From a virus, in the IMG/VR virus record IMGVR_UViG_3300007734_000761, positions 1 to 64,000 of that record: a DNA stretch of 64,000 nucleotides; one strand, 5' to 3'. Below are positions 17,959 through 26,200 of this stretch, in pieces. Position numbers and translations under genes: made by a program. Below the pieces are notes generated by a model. That model was not told the DNA's origin, did no database searches, and saw only the letters and a program-made list of their open reading frames with translations. How positions within the stretch are numbered: the stretch's first letter is position 1; every line of letters begins with the position of its first letter.

Positions 17959-18804
17959 TTATTTTTTAATTATTTTTTTACTTGTTCCATCACTGTAAAT
18001 ATAAATCACCAATTCCTCCTCTTTAACGTTATAAACACGTCTACCCATCATATCATACATTGCAACTAATTTAGGTTCAGGACGAGTTAAATTAACCACA
18101 TTAGATGTTGGTCCTGATTTACACACATCCAAACGTCTAAACATGAAAGTATCTTGTTTAATACACTTATTCCACCATTGTGCAATCATTAATACACGAC
18201 CTGTATCTTTAAACGTAAAATCAGCAAGTCTAGTTTGAGTATAACCTAAAAAGTCATCATCCGGAAAATCGTATTCCATACCAATTTGGTAGTCAGTCAA
18301 ACCGTCCCATTCTTTTTGTGACATAGTATCCATCCAAGGACCTTTATAGAACATCAAGTAATATTCCATACAAGTATCTTTCAAGGGCATGTTTTTAATA
18401 TAGTTCATTTCAAACAAATATCTTTTACAATCAGTTGGTTTTACTTGCCAACCCAATCCAGCACCGGGAAACTGAACGATTTCGATTGGACGATAAAGTG
18501 CCGTATCACACTTCAAACATTTATTCCATACTTTCAAATACAATTTGTATTTACCTTTAACATTAAATTGTACCTCAACAATACCCCTAAAATCCTGAAC
18601 TGTATCAGTTTTCTTAGTTTGAAAATCATACACCATAAACAAATAATCCACACAGGTGTCATCTAATACTTGTCCACTTACATACCACTTGTAGTAATTA
18701 CGTTCATTCCATTGTTGGAGTTTCAATGTGCTCCAATCACATTTTGCGTTCAAACCCAATACTGTCGATAGGGTGAAAAAAAGAATCATTAGTTGTTTTT
18801 TCAT
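17959..18804 (-). CDS. secreted protein with T9SS-like C-terminal sorting region
   Basis: Signal peptide MKKQLMILFFTLSTVLGLNA; C-terminus YDMMGRRV..IYIYSDGTSKKIIKK; two internal beta-rich repeats ending WNKC..DT. Confidence 0.7.
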   Translation of the reverse strand: MKKQLMILFFTLSTVLGLNAKCDWSTLKLQQWNERNYYKWYVSGQVLDDTCVDYLFMVYDFQTKKTDTVQDFRGIVEVQFNVKGKYKLYLKVWNKCLKCDTALYRPIEIVQFPGAGLGWQVKPTDCKRYLFEMNYIKNMPLKDTCMEYYLMFYKGPWMDTMSQKEWDGLTDYQIGMEYDFPDDDFLGYTQTRLADFTFKDTGRVLMIAQWWNKCIKQDTFMFRRLDVCKSGPTSNVVNLTRPEPKLVAMYDMMGRRVYNVKEEELVIYIYSDGTSKKIIKK

Positions 18805-18894
18805 ATTGATTTTTTATTGTTTTATTTGTTATTGATACAGTAATTATAAATATCAAAATTAGTAATATGCTATACGGATTTAGTTTCATAAAAT

Positions 18895-19032
18895 TTAAGT
18901 AAAAAGCCACCCATATAAAGTCCAGTTATCATTTTCTTCACTTTCATTAAAAACATAAGTAAAACTTCTCATGTGAAATCCCATGATTTCACTATCATTC
19001 CATTTTATATAACTATACATATAACTTCTCAT
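18895..19032 (-). CDS. W/Y-rich microprotein A5 (45 aa)
   Basis: MRSYMYSYIKWNDSEIMGFHMRSFTYVFNESEENDNWTLYGWLFT. Confidence 0.78.
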   Translation of the reverse strand: MRSYMYSYIKWNDSEIMGFHMRSFTYVFNESEENDNWTLYGWLFT

Positions 19033-19033
19033 A

Positions 19034-19195
19034 TTATTTTATATCTTCATTAAAAAACCATTGATAGTATGTCCACTTATATGATGGGGGGTTTTTGTGA
19101 AATCTTATAATTGTGCCTTTCATGTCATAGCTATAGAAAGTGCCATCACTCCACCTCATGTATTCACGCATGTCCATTATTCTAAAACTATTCAT
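19034..19195 (-). CDS. W/Y-rich microprotein A4 (53 aa)
   Basis: MNSFRIMDMREYMRWSDGTFYSYDMKGTIIRFHKNPPSYKWTYYQWFFNEDIK. Confidence 0.78.
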   Translation of the reverse strand: MNSFRIMDMREYMRWSDGTFYSYDMKGTIIRFHKNPPSYKWTYYQWFFNEDIK

Positions 19196-19319
19196 ATAAC
19201 CATAAATTAATAGTTTGACCTTTGTTGCCTTCTTTAAATGCTTTAATTGTTGATATTATTCCCCAACCCCAACCAACTGTAGAATTCCAACTAGTGTAAA
19301 GTTCCATTTTAGTTGTCAT
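19188..19319 (-). CDS. W/Y-rich microprotein A3 (43 aa)
   Basis: MTTKMELYTSWNSTVGWGWGIISTIKAFKEGNKGQTINLWLYE. Confidence 0.78.
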   Translation of the reverse strand: MTTKMELYTSWNSTVGWGWGIISTIKAFKEGNKGQTINLWLYE

Positions 19320-19461
19320 ATAACCATTCATAAAAACTAATCCAATCTATAGGAAAATTAATGTGAAATGAAGTAATTGTATCATACATACTGTATCCAT
19401 AGCTTTTACTACTATTCCACGCTGAATATTCTCTTATTTGACTTTTTCCAAAACTACTCAT
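19309..19461 (-). CDS. W/Y-rich microprotein A2 (50 aa)
   Basis: MSSFGKSQIREYSAWNSSKSYGYSMYDTITSFHINFPIDWISFYEWLYDN. Confidence 0.78.
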   Translation of the reverse strand: MSSFGKSQIREYSAWNSSKSYGYSMYDTITSFHINFPIDWISFYEWLYDN

Positions 19462-19597
19462 ATAACCATTCTCTTAAATCCCAATAAACTTTATATTCAT
19501 CATAATTGAATTCACGAACAAAATCCCACATAGAATAACTTCCTGCACCATTCCAATTACTATAAGTCAATATGTGAATATGTGGTGGTTTTTTCAA
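19454..19597 (-). CDS. W/Y-rich microprotein A1 (47 aa, TTG start)
   Basis: MKKPPHIHILTYSNWNGAGSYSMWDFVREFNYDEYKVYWDLREWLYE; TTGA overlap. Confidence 0.75.
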   Translation of the reverse strand: MKKPPHIHILTYSNWNGAGSYSMWDFVREFNYDEYKVYWDLREWLYE

Positions 19598-19716
19598 AAT
19601 CTTTTTTTATCTGTTATCCAATTTACTGAGTATACTGCACATCCATCTTCATACACGGCCCATCTCAACATTTTCAGCCATAATTTTTCTTTATTTTCCT
19701 TGTAATTCGTAGTCAA
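19594..19716 (-). CDS. Trp-rich microprotein A0 (40 aa, TTG start, divergent)
   Basis: MTTNYKENKEKLWLKMLRWAVYEDGCAVYSVNWITDKKRF; its stop overlaps the A1 start. Confidence 0.5.
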   Translation of the reverse strand: MTTNYKENKEKLWLKMLRWAVYEDGCAVYSVNWITDKKRF

Positions 19717-19981
19717 AATAATATCCTAAATAATTTGTTCTTACAATTTTAGATATAATGTAATCTGGGTGTTCCTTTAACATACATTGAAGACCATCAT
19801 CATACCAAAAACCTTTGTCTATAAAAAACAATGAACTATTCTTTACTATACTTTCCATATAGTACTTAGTTTGGCTACTCCAAGGTGAAGTTCTTGAATT
19901 GATATTATTGTCAAGATCCCAACCACGCAGTGCGTCTTGTGGAGAATAGCCAAACTGAGTCCAATATCTCTTTTTAGTCAT
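19691..19981 (-). CDS. aromatic-rich hypothetical protein heading microprotein array A
   Basis: 96 aa, W/Y/F-rich. Confidence 0.6.
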   Translation of the reverse strand: MTKKRYWTQFGYSPQDALRGWDLDNNINSRTSPWSSQTKYYMESIVKNSSLFFIDKGFWYDDGLQCMLKEHPDYIISKIVRTNYLGYYFDYELQGK

Positions 19982-20468
19982 TCATTTGATATTCAATGCC
20001 CAACAAATCAGCTACTCGTTTGTTGATTTCATGAATTTCAACTTCAATTAGTTCTTTGCGTTCGTCAGTGCAATTATCATCTAACCATTCTTCAGCTAAA
20101 TACTTACGAGCAACAAAGTTTTTTTCAATCAAAGCTGCTACTTTGACGTCCATCCAATGAACAATGTCATTGCCTTCTTTTGTTTTACCTAACTCAACTT
20201 TAGTTTCATGAGTAAGAAATTCTTCTTCCTCAAGGTAAACAAAGAAATCTACTACTTCTTTCATAGTCTCAGCATCCATTTCATACCAATCCATAATGTT
20301 TGCTTGACTCAACGTTTGAACTTGTTTCATAGTTTCTTTATCGTCCAAGTTACAGTTTTTCAACATTTGAATTCCCATTTTACTGGCTTGTTTGTCTTTA
20401 CTCAAAATCATTGATTTGAGTGTTTGAATTGACTCACTGTCAAATGTATGTACATTTTTCCTTTTCAT
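19974..20468 (-). CDS. hypothetical protein; N-terminus paralogous to the C-terminal domain of 5032..6027
   Basis: See alignment under 5032..6027. Confidence 0.75.
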   Translation of the reverse strand: MKRKNVHTFDSESIQTLKSMILSKDKQASKMGIQMLKNCNLDDKETMKQVQTLSQANIMDWYEMDAETMKEVVDFFVYLEEEEFLTHETKVELGKTKEGNDIVHWMDVKVAALIEKNFVARKYLAEEWLDDNCTDERKELIEVEIHEINKRVADLLGIEYQMND

Positions 20469-20484
20469 AACCTTTTACAGTAAT

Positions 20485-20513
20485 ATTATAATAAAACTTT
20501 TTTAAAAAGCCAA
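20485..20513 (-). promoter_or_regulatory. class II (middle) promoter driving the operon containing microprotein array A
   Basis: TTGGCT-N17-TATAAT. Confidence 0.78.
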
Positions 20514-20516
20514 ATT

Positions 20517-21422
20517 TTACAAAAAATCTTTTTTATATTTCATAACAGCCAACTCCTTTGCTTTACATTCCATCATTACATCTACATCTAAACCATAAGT
20601 CTCACACTTGTTGAGATAATAATCACTATGTGCTTGCATTTTAACTTTTAGTCCTTCATTTAGGGCTTTAGATTCACTGTAGTGAACAATGGGTTTAATG
20701 TCACCCCATGTTGATACAGCGAGTCGTAGTGCTTCTTCTTCGGATTGGCCGCCTGTACAAAATTTATGATGGTGGTAGTCGAATACGATTGGTATGTTCG
20801 CATTTTTGAATATTCCTTCGAATAGTTCTTTAGTTGAGTACATATTCCCTTTGTCGTCGTTTTCGATGGTAAGTCTACTTTTAATTGCATCTGGTAAATT
20901 GTTGAAATTCTTTAGAAATGTTTTAATGGCTTGTTGTTTATCACCATACGTTGCGCCCATATGTATGTTGATTTTATTGTAATGTGTTCGACTCAAACCC
21001 ATTAAGTCCATAATGTCACTGTGCATTTGTAAGTCACTTACACTATTATCAATAACAGACTGATGAGGACTAGTAAGAATACAATATTGGCCTGGATGCA
21101 TTGTAAGTCTCATTCCATGTTTTGTAGCAAATTCACCACAACGAGCTAAAACATCTTTAATTTCATTAAAATCTTTAAAACTAAACCAATCAACTTTATT
21201 TCCCCAAGGAATCATATTGCTAGACATTCGAAATACAAGAATGTCATTTTCATAGTTCCAGTGAAGATATTTTTCAAGATCTCTAATATTTTGAACAGCG
21301 AGTTCACTACAATATTCTAAACCTTTTTTGTCTAGAGTTGCTTTCTTTAAACTTCTGTTTGTTGTAACACCTTCTTTTTTGAGTGTTTCATTAATGCAAG
21401 CGTAACCATAATTTTTATTCAT
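20517..21422 (-). CDS. uvdE: UV damage endonuclease
   Basis: GYACIN, FRMSS, RLTMHPGQY, INIHMG, RLTIENDD, VFDYHHH, HYSES, AHSD, MMECKAKE. Confidence 0.95.
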   Translation of the reverse strand: MNKNYGYACINETLKKEGVTTNRSLKKATLDKKGLEYCSELAVQNIRDLEKYLHWNYENDILVFRMSSNMIPWGNKVDWFSFKDFNEIKDVLARCGEFATKHGMRLTMHPGQYCILTSPHQSVIDNSVSDLQMHSDIMDLMGLSRTHYNKINIHMGATYGDKQQAIKTFLKNFNNLPDAIKSRLTIENDDKGNMYSTKELFEGIFKNANIPIVFDYHHHKFCTGGQSEEEALRLAVSTWGDIKPIVHYSESKALNEGLKVKMQAHSDYYLNKCETYGLDVDVMMECKAKELAVMKYKKDFL

Positions 21423-21427
21423 AACTT

Positions 21428-21892
21428 TTATTTATATTGTAATAAGAGACATTTTGAACTACAATAAAGAGGATGTTTAGGAGATCCATCTTTATTTATT
21501 TTCAATGCTTTACTGTTGGGAAACATGTTTATTAATTGTTGGTCTCTGCCTGTTTTTTTCATAATATCAAAACTACCCCAAGCAAACACTACGTCTTCAC
21601 ATTTATTTTTTACTTCTAATAGTGCTTGATCATTAATATCGTTGTTAGTTAAATCAGTAAGTTGTTTAGGATCAGTTGCCATAAATGGAAAACTGTTCAT
21701 CATGTAAAAACCACCATAACCGTTTTGTTTAGCAATTTTACCTACATTGTTTACAGTATTATCGTCTTTTACTTCATCAGCTGTAGATGGATTTAAACCA
21801 ATAAACATTACTAAAGGCAGAGTATCATCCCATATTCTCCACAGTTTATATCTGTATTTTCTACAGGGTGAAAACTCTGCTCCTTTATTCAT
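21428..21892 (-). CDS. DUF1643-like protein
   Basis: YRYKLWRIWD..FIGLNPSTAD..ATDP..AWG..PKHPLY. Confidence 0.85.
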   Translation of the reverse strand: MNKGAEFSPCRKYRYKLWRIWDDTLPLVMFIGLNPSTADEVKDDNTVNNVGKIAKQNGYGGFYMMNSFPFMATDPKQLTDLTNNDINDQALLEVKNKCEDVVFAWGSFDIMKKTGRDQQLINMFPNSKALKINKDGSPKHPLYCSSKCLLLQYK

Positions 21893-22260
21893 ATTTTATT
21901 CCATTTATTATTTGAGTCTAAAACAAAACTTCCTACACATTCATATTGCCACTCATTTGGATTTACCATTGATAAAAATATATTACCATCTCTACCAACA
22001 TATAAATGATACTTTTGGCCTATAACTGGTTCAAAACTAAACTTAGCATTATATACTAATTCATTCCATTTATATTCATCAACTAATTTTTGATATTCTT
22101 CTTTTAATTCATTAAAACGTTTTTGTAGCTGATGATTTACTTTTATTGAATTAACGGTTTTCCAAGCTGTAGTGTCTTCTACCCTTATAGCAGGTGCACT
22201 TACGTTTGTTCCATAAGGTAACAACCCTGGGTTATCTGCTACATTATCGGGTTTATTCAT
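21889..22260 (-). CDS. DUF2452-like protein
   Basis: LPYGTNVSAPAI..AKFSFEPVIGQKYHLY..LSMVNPNEW. Confidence 0.75.
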   Translation of the reverse strand: MNKPDNVADNPGLLPYGTNVSAPAIRVEDTTAWKTVNSIKVNHQLQKRFNELKEEYQKLVDEYKWNELVYNAKFSFEPVIGQKYHLYVGRDGNIFLSMVNPNEWQYECVGSFVLDSNNKWNKI

Positions 22261-23344
22261 AGTTTCTAATTGATATCACTTTAGGAAAGCGAGGTACATT
22301 ATCTACTGTTAATTCAAAGTATTTAATTGTTGCTTGTTGACCAATCAACTGATCTTTTTGTTCCCAAAGTTCAGTTAAGTATTCTTCAGTACCATTTACT
22401 GTTGAGTAAAATTCTTTTCCATCTTTATTTTTAAACAACATTTGTCCTACTTTACCTTGTAAACGACCTTTACCTTCATGTACTTCTAAAATGGTATATT
22501 CACTATCGTGGAATTCTTTATATTTCAATAAGTTTTTACTTCGTTTATTTTCGTATTCCCCTTTTCCAACTCGAATCATTAGTCCTTCAAAACCTTGACT
22601 CATGTAGTTTCCATACTGTTCTTTTAATTTTTCTTCATCATTTACTATTGTTGTAAATACCATTTTGACTTTATCAATACCATGAAATTTATAAAGACTA
22701 ACTTTACGACGATCAAATGGTCCATTATGGGAAGGAACATCATAAACCCAATATTCAATCAGTCGAGCTGATTCAGCTAAGTCATTTTCTGTTGGTTTTG
22801 TTTTCTTTACTAAACTACAAATTGTATTAAAATCATTATTATTTGAATGAATATATAATTCTCCGTCTACAATTAAATTGGGATCTTCATCAAATAAGTG
22901 TTTAATATTTTCGAAAATATGTGGCGCGGAAATAATGGCCTTACCATTTCTACTCCACATACCATCTTTACGCACTATACAACGAATACCGTCTAATTTT
23001 GGCTGAACATATATTGGATATTTGATTTTATCTTTATAATCATTGTAATCAACAGCCAACATAGGTTTAAACAATGTAGAACTATCAATATCGTTTATGT
23101 TTTCAAAAAATCCTAATTCTAACTTTTTACGATGAAGAGCTTCTGCTTCTTTTCGAGCTTGTTCTACATCACTTGTTTCATTTGCTTTACCAATATTCTT
23201 ACCAAAACACTCAGTCCATGCACTTTTAGTTTTAATTCCATCTTCAAAACCAGTAATAGTGCGATACAAATTACCTTGTGTTTCTACCTGAAACGTGTTT
23301 ACCTTTTGGTTTGCGGCTCTTTGATACAGTTTGTTTAGCTTCAT
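22253..23344 (-). CDS. ATP-dependent DNA ligase
   Basis: PKLDGIRC, VDGELY, YDV, EGLMIR, KRSKNLLKYK, PRFP. Confidence 0.95.
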   Translation of the reverse strand: MKLNKLYQRAANQKVNTFQVETQGNLYRTITGFEDGIKTKSAWTECFGKNIGKANETSDVEQARKEAEALHRKKLELGFFENINDIDSSTLFKPMLAVDYNDYKDKIKYPIYVQPKLDGIRCIVRKDGMWSRNGKAIISAPHIFENIKHLFDEDPNLIVDGELYIHSNNNDFNTICSLVKKTKPTENDLAESARLIEYWVYDVPSHNGPFDRRKVSLYKFHGIDKVKMVFTTIVNDEEKLKEQYGNYMSQGFEGLMIRVGKGEYENKRSKNLLKYKEFHDSEYTILEVHEGKGRLQGKVGQMLFKNKDGKEFYSTVNGTEEYLTELWEQKDQLIGQQATIKYFELTVDNVPRFPKVISIRNYE

Positions 23345-23513
23345 TTCGAGTTCTTCTTTTATTTATCTTATTTTGTTGTAATTCTACTTGGATTTGTTTA
23401 TACGTACGATGCCATTTATGGACTACTGAAACGGGACCATTCGAAGTAATGTCTGTATCATAATACCAAATCGAATCAAATTCCTCACCGCTTGTGTGTC
23501 TTTCATATTTCAT
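23271..23513 (-). CDS. hypothetical basic protein
   Basis: 80 aa ORF. Confidence 0.55.
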   Translation of the reverse strand: MKYERHTSGEEFDSIWYYDTDITSNGPVSVVHKWHRTYKQIQVELQQNKINKRRTRNEAKQTVSKSRKPKGKHVSGRNTR

Positions 23514-23674
23514 ATAAGTTTTTTAAATTTATCAACATCAATTTTATGACCTTGCTCTTTTAATTTTTGAAATTCTTCATCACGTTTTAGAATTTTATCA
23601 GCTTGACGTTCAAGAGCCTTTTGTTTACTACGTTCTTTACGACGTTGTTTTTTATACTCTTTATCTTCTTTCAC
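23510..23674 (-). CDS. small charged protein (54 aa, GTG start, not in ORF track)
   Basis: MKEDKEYKKQRRKERSKQKALERQADKILKRDEEFQKLKEQGHKIDVDKFKKLI. Confidence 0.55.
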   Translation of the reverse strand: MKEDKEYKKQRRKERSKQKALERQADKILKRDEEFQKLKEQGHKIDVDKFKKLI

Positions 23675-23680
23675 TCATAT

Positions 23681-23712
23681 AGTATAAAAAAAGCTTGACT
23701 AAAAGCCAAGCT
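23681..23712 (-). terminator. fused intrinsic terminator and class II promoter
   Basis: AGCTTGGCT-TTT-AGTCAAGCT plus T run; contains TTGGCT-N17-TATACT. Confidence 0.75.
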
Positions 23713-23735
23713 CTTCATAAATCTGAAAATAATTC

Positions 23736-23996
23736 TTACTCTTCTGTATTTTTAGCTTGTTTAGCTTTTGGTGGAGTTGTAGGTTTTTTACGGTAACTTT
23801 TTTTACGATTAGTTTTCTTAGTTGGTTTTACTTCAACATAATCGTTTTCTACAACCACTGTAGGACTTTCAACCGCAATGGGTTCTTCTAAAATTGACTC
23901 ACTCGGAGCAACCTCAGGATCTGTTGACTTTTCTCTAAGAGCAAAATACAAACTCAACGATAAAGCAACTGCAAATATAATAATAAATGTATACAT
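23736..23996 (-). CDS. membrane-anchored protein with acidic/Pro linker and basic tail
   Basis: N-terminal TM helix; K/R-rich C-terminus. Confidence 0.65.
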   Translation of the reverse strand: MYTFIIIFAVALSLSLYFALREKSTDPEVAPSESILEEPIAVESPTVVVENDYVEVKPTKKTNRKKSYRKKPTTPPKAKQAKNTEE

Positions 23997-24000
23997 ATTC

Positions 24001-24534
24001 TTAATTTAAATCAACCCACTTACTTTTATAATCTTTATTGTTAGCACAGTAAATAGCATATTCGTTTCTAATTGGCTGTCCTGAATTATAAGCACCACAC
24101 GCTTCTGTCCAATCACCATAAATACTGTACCACTTGCGTAACATTTGCATACTAATTTTTACGTTTAAGTCAACATTTGTTTTTAACTCACGTTCACTTA
24201 CTCTACGTCTTGAATACTTTTGAGCCCATTTAGTAATAATTTGCATAGGACCAACTGCGCCTGCACTTGATTCTAATCTGTGTTCATAATTAAAATCAAA
24301 TGGACCTCTGTATCTAGTTTCTTTGTAAGCTATGTTGTAAGCGATATGTTTTGGAATTTCAAAACTGTCACTCCAATGTTCAATAGATTCATACATTTGA
24401 AACGAAACAGTTCCTTCAGCAATTTCAAGTTTTTTCTCAAAACGACTTATGCTACTATCTATACTCCAAAGTAGAGCAGCAATGATTGCTAAGATTACTA
24501 AAACAAAAGTGTCTCTAATTTTTAAAAACATCAT
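24001..24534 (-). CDS. lytic transglycosylase (SLT domain) with N-terminal TM
   Basis: Catalytic KET, SSAGAVGPMQI, AYNSG. Confidence 0.9.
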   Translation of the reverse strand: MMFLKIRDTFVLVILAIIAALLWSIDSSISRFEKKLEIAEGTVSFQMYESIEHWSDSFEIPKHIAYNIAYKETRYRGPFDFNYEHRLESSAGAVGPMQIITKWAQKYSRRRVSERELKTNVDLNVKISMQMLRKWYSIYGDWTEACGAYNSGQPIRNEYAIYCANNKDYKSKWVDLN

Positions 24535-24797
24535 TGATAAATATACTTAACGCCCATACGAGTAATTACTCTCAATGTAGAATCACTGTATTTTTTACCA
24601 TCTAGCAAAAGATTACCTTGATAGTCAATAGCTGGGCTTGCTGTTTCTAGGTCAATGTTAGCTGGTACAGCTGGTTTGACTTTAAATTCATGGAAATAAT
24701 AACCAATTCCAAATCCGGCAACCATAGTAGTAACTACAATAGCTGCATTGAAAAATCTGCTTACAAATTTTTGTACTTGTTCTTTATTAATTTTCAT
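24531..24797 (-). CDS. small membrane protein
   Basis: TM helix; class II promoter TTGGTA-N17-TATAAT at 24814-24842. Confidence 0.7.
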   Translation of the reverse strand: MKINKEQVQKFVSRFFNAAIVVTTMVAGFGIGYYFHEFKVKPAVPANIDLETASPAIDYQGNLLLDGKKYSDSTLRVITRMGVKYIYQ

Positions 24798-24830
24798 AAC
24801 TTAATTTTTATATATTATAATAAAAAGATT

Positions 24831-25256
24831 TTATTTTACCAAATTTTCCCAATAATTTTTAGCGTGAGCTGGATCAAACGGAGTCATAGGGTTTAGATTT
24901 TGAAAACAAAATACTAATAAACTATTGTATGCTTCCTTAAGACGTTCTGCTTCAGTATTGTTAGCTAAATTTTTAATTTTATTTTCTAATATTTCTTTTT
25001 CACTTTGAAGTTGTTCAATTTGAACTTTTAATTGTTCATTAAAAGGATTTTCAAAAACTTTTTCAACTGTTTGAGGTTTAGTAATTAAACTATTAATTGT
25101 TTCATTTTGGATACGAATAGTTTCCTTTAATGATTCAATAGTGTCTAAAAAGATTTCATCACTTTTTAGTACTTTTTCTTCTTGAGGTTGAAGGGGTTTT
25201 TTGTGACTCTGTAACCAATTTATTAATTTCATATTCTTTTTGTAATTCTTGAACAA
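24831..25256 (-). CDS. coiled-coil hypothetical protein
   Basis: Heptad-rich; true start may be the second Met. Confidence 0.65.
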   Translation of the reverse strand: MFKNYKKNMKLINWLQSHKKPLQPQEEKVLKSDEIFLDTIESLKETIRIQNETINSLITKPQTVEKVFENPFNEQLKVQIEQLQSEKEILENKIKNLANNTEAERLKEAYNSLLVFCFQNLNPMTPFDPAHAKNYWENLVK

Positions 25257-25527
25257 TTATACATTTTTCATATTCTTCCATAGCAATAAAAGTTTTCATG
25301 CAACTTTCTAATGCTGTAGGCCAGTCTTTTTGATCTGTGTAAAGTCTAAAAATGTCTTCTTCTTCTTCAATTTCAACATCACATACACTGACTTTTTTAT
25401 TTCCTTTTTCCATTCCTCTCTGTATGGCTTCTAGTAAGCAATCTACTAATTCTAGTTGGTCAAAATTAGTTATTTGCAATTGAAATTCATCGAGTGATTT
25501 AAATTTAATTGTTTTTATTGCTTTCAT
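25159..25527 (-). CDS. hypothetical protein
   Basis: EEYEKC helix motif; class II promoter TTGGAA-N17-TATATT at 25536-25564. Confidence 0.7.
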   Translation of the reverse strand: MKAIKTIKFKSLDEFQLQITNFDQLELVDCLLEAIQRGMEKGNKKVSVCDVEIEEEEDIFRLYTDQKDWPTALESCMKTFIAMEEYEKCIIVQELQKEYEINKLVTESQKTPSTSRRKSTKK

Positions 25528-25565
25528 TAGTATATAATATAATAAAGAGACTTATGTTTTCCAAC

Positions 25566-26198
25566 CTACATTCGGGAAATGTACTTTTCGTCACTGTCTT
25601 CATCATCTATTAAACCTAAATCTTTAAAATGGTCTAACTGCCAACCATCTAAATCCCAAGTAGGTTTACTAGCTTCTGTAGGGTGATAAGTATCCTCTAT
25701 GTGTTGTTGTTCCTTGACACTAAATATGTCTCCAACAGTCAAATAATAGCAGTTATAGCAAAGAATTTCTAAATTATTTTTATTCCAATTATTTTTATTG
25801 GTGTCTTTAAAGTTCAATAAAAACGGTTGTCTCATATCACTAGCCCTACGTTCATGAAAACCACACTTGTAACATTCACTTCTTAGTATACACTCAGTTA
25901 ATAGTCTAGTTTTTATTTTTTCAGCTGAAAATGAATGTGGAAGAATTTTACCACTTAAAATGTCTTCTAATGGTGGGTTTTTACCTTTATTAGGTAAAAA
26001 TTTAGGAATGTTTTTTCCAGACGGATTTAAGTGTTTTTCAAATAATGTTTGACCTGTAGTTTCATCTGTATACTGTTTAGCATACATTTTATACGTGTTG
26101 TAACTACAGTTAAGATACCTTGCAGCTGATCTATTGCTTAAGGTGTTTTGCTGTGCTTTAAGAATTTGTTGTTTAGTAAAGTGTTTTGGTAAACCCAT
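25566..26198 (-). CDS. HTH plus degenerate HNH-like Zn-finger protein
   Basis: SNRSAARYLNCSYNTYK; CYKCG..LLNFKD.N..N....NLEILCYNC lacking the catalytic His. Confidence 0.7.
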   Translation of the reverse strand: MGLPKHFTKQQILKAQQNTLSNRSAARYLNCSYNTYKMYAKQYTDETTGQTLFEKHLNPSGKNIPKFLPNKGKNPPLEDILSGKILPHSFSAEKIKTRLLTECILRSECYKCGFHERRASDMRQPFLLNFKDTNKNNWNKNNLEILCYNCYYLTVGDIFSVKEQQHIEDTYHPTEASKPTWDLDGWQLDHFKDLGLIDDEDSDEKYISRM

Positions 26199-26200
26199 AA

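Noticed and set aside
18737-18889. 50 aa hydrophobic ORF following array A (MKLNPYSILLILIFIITV..)
   Set aside because: Lacks the family motif, spans the late promoter and overlaps the next gene by 68 nt; likely an artefact of AT-rich sequence, though not excluded
11642-19716. Stop-codon recoding as an explanation for the fragmented small-ORF regions
   Set aside because: Successive ORFs change frame via ATGA-type overlaps and use all three stops; long genes read normally in code 11; no suppressor tRNA is present
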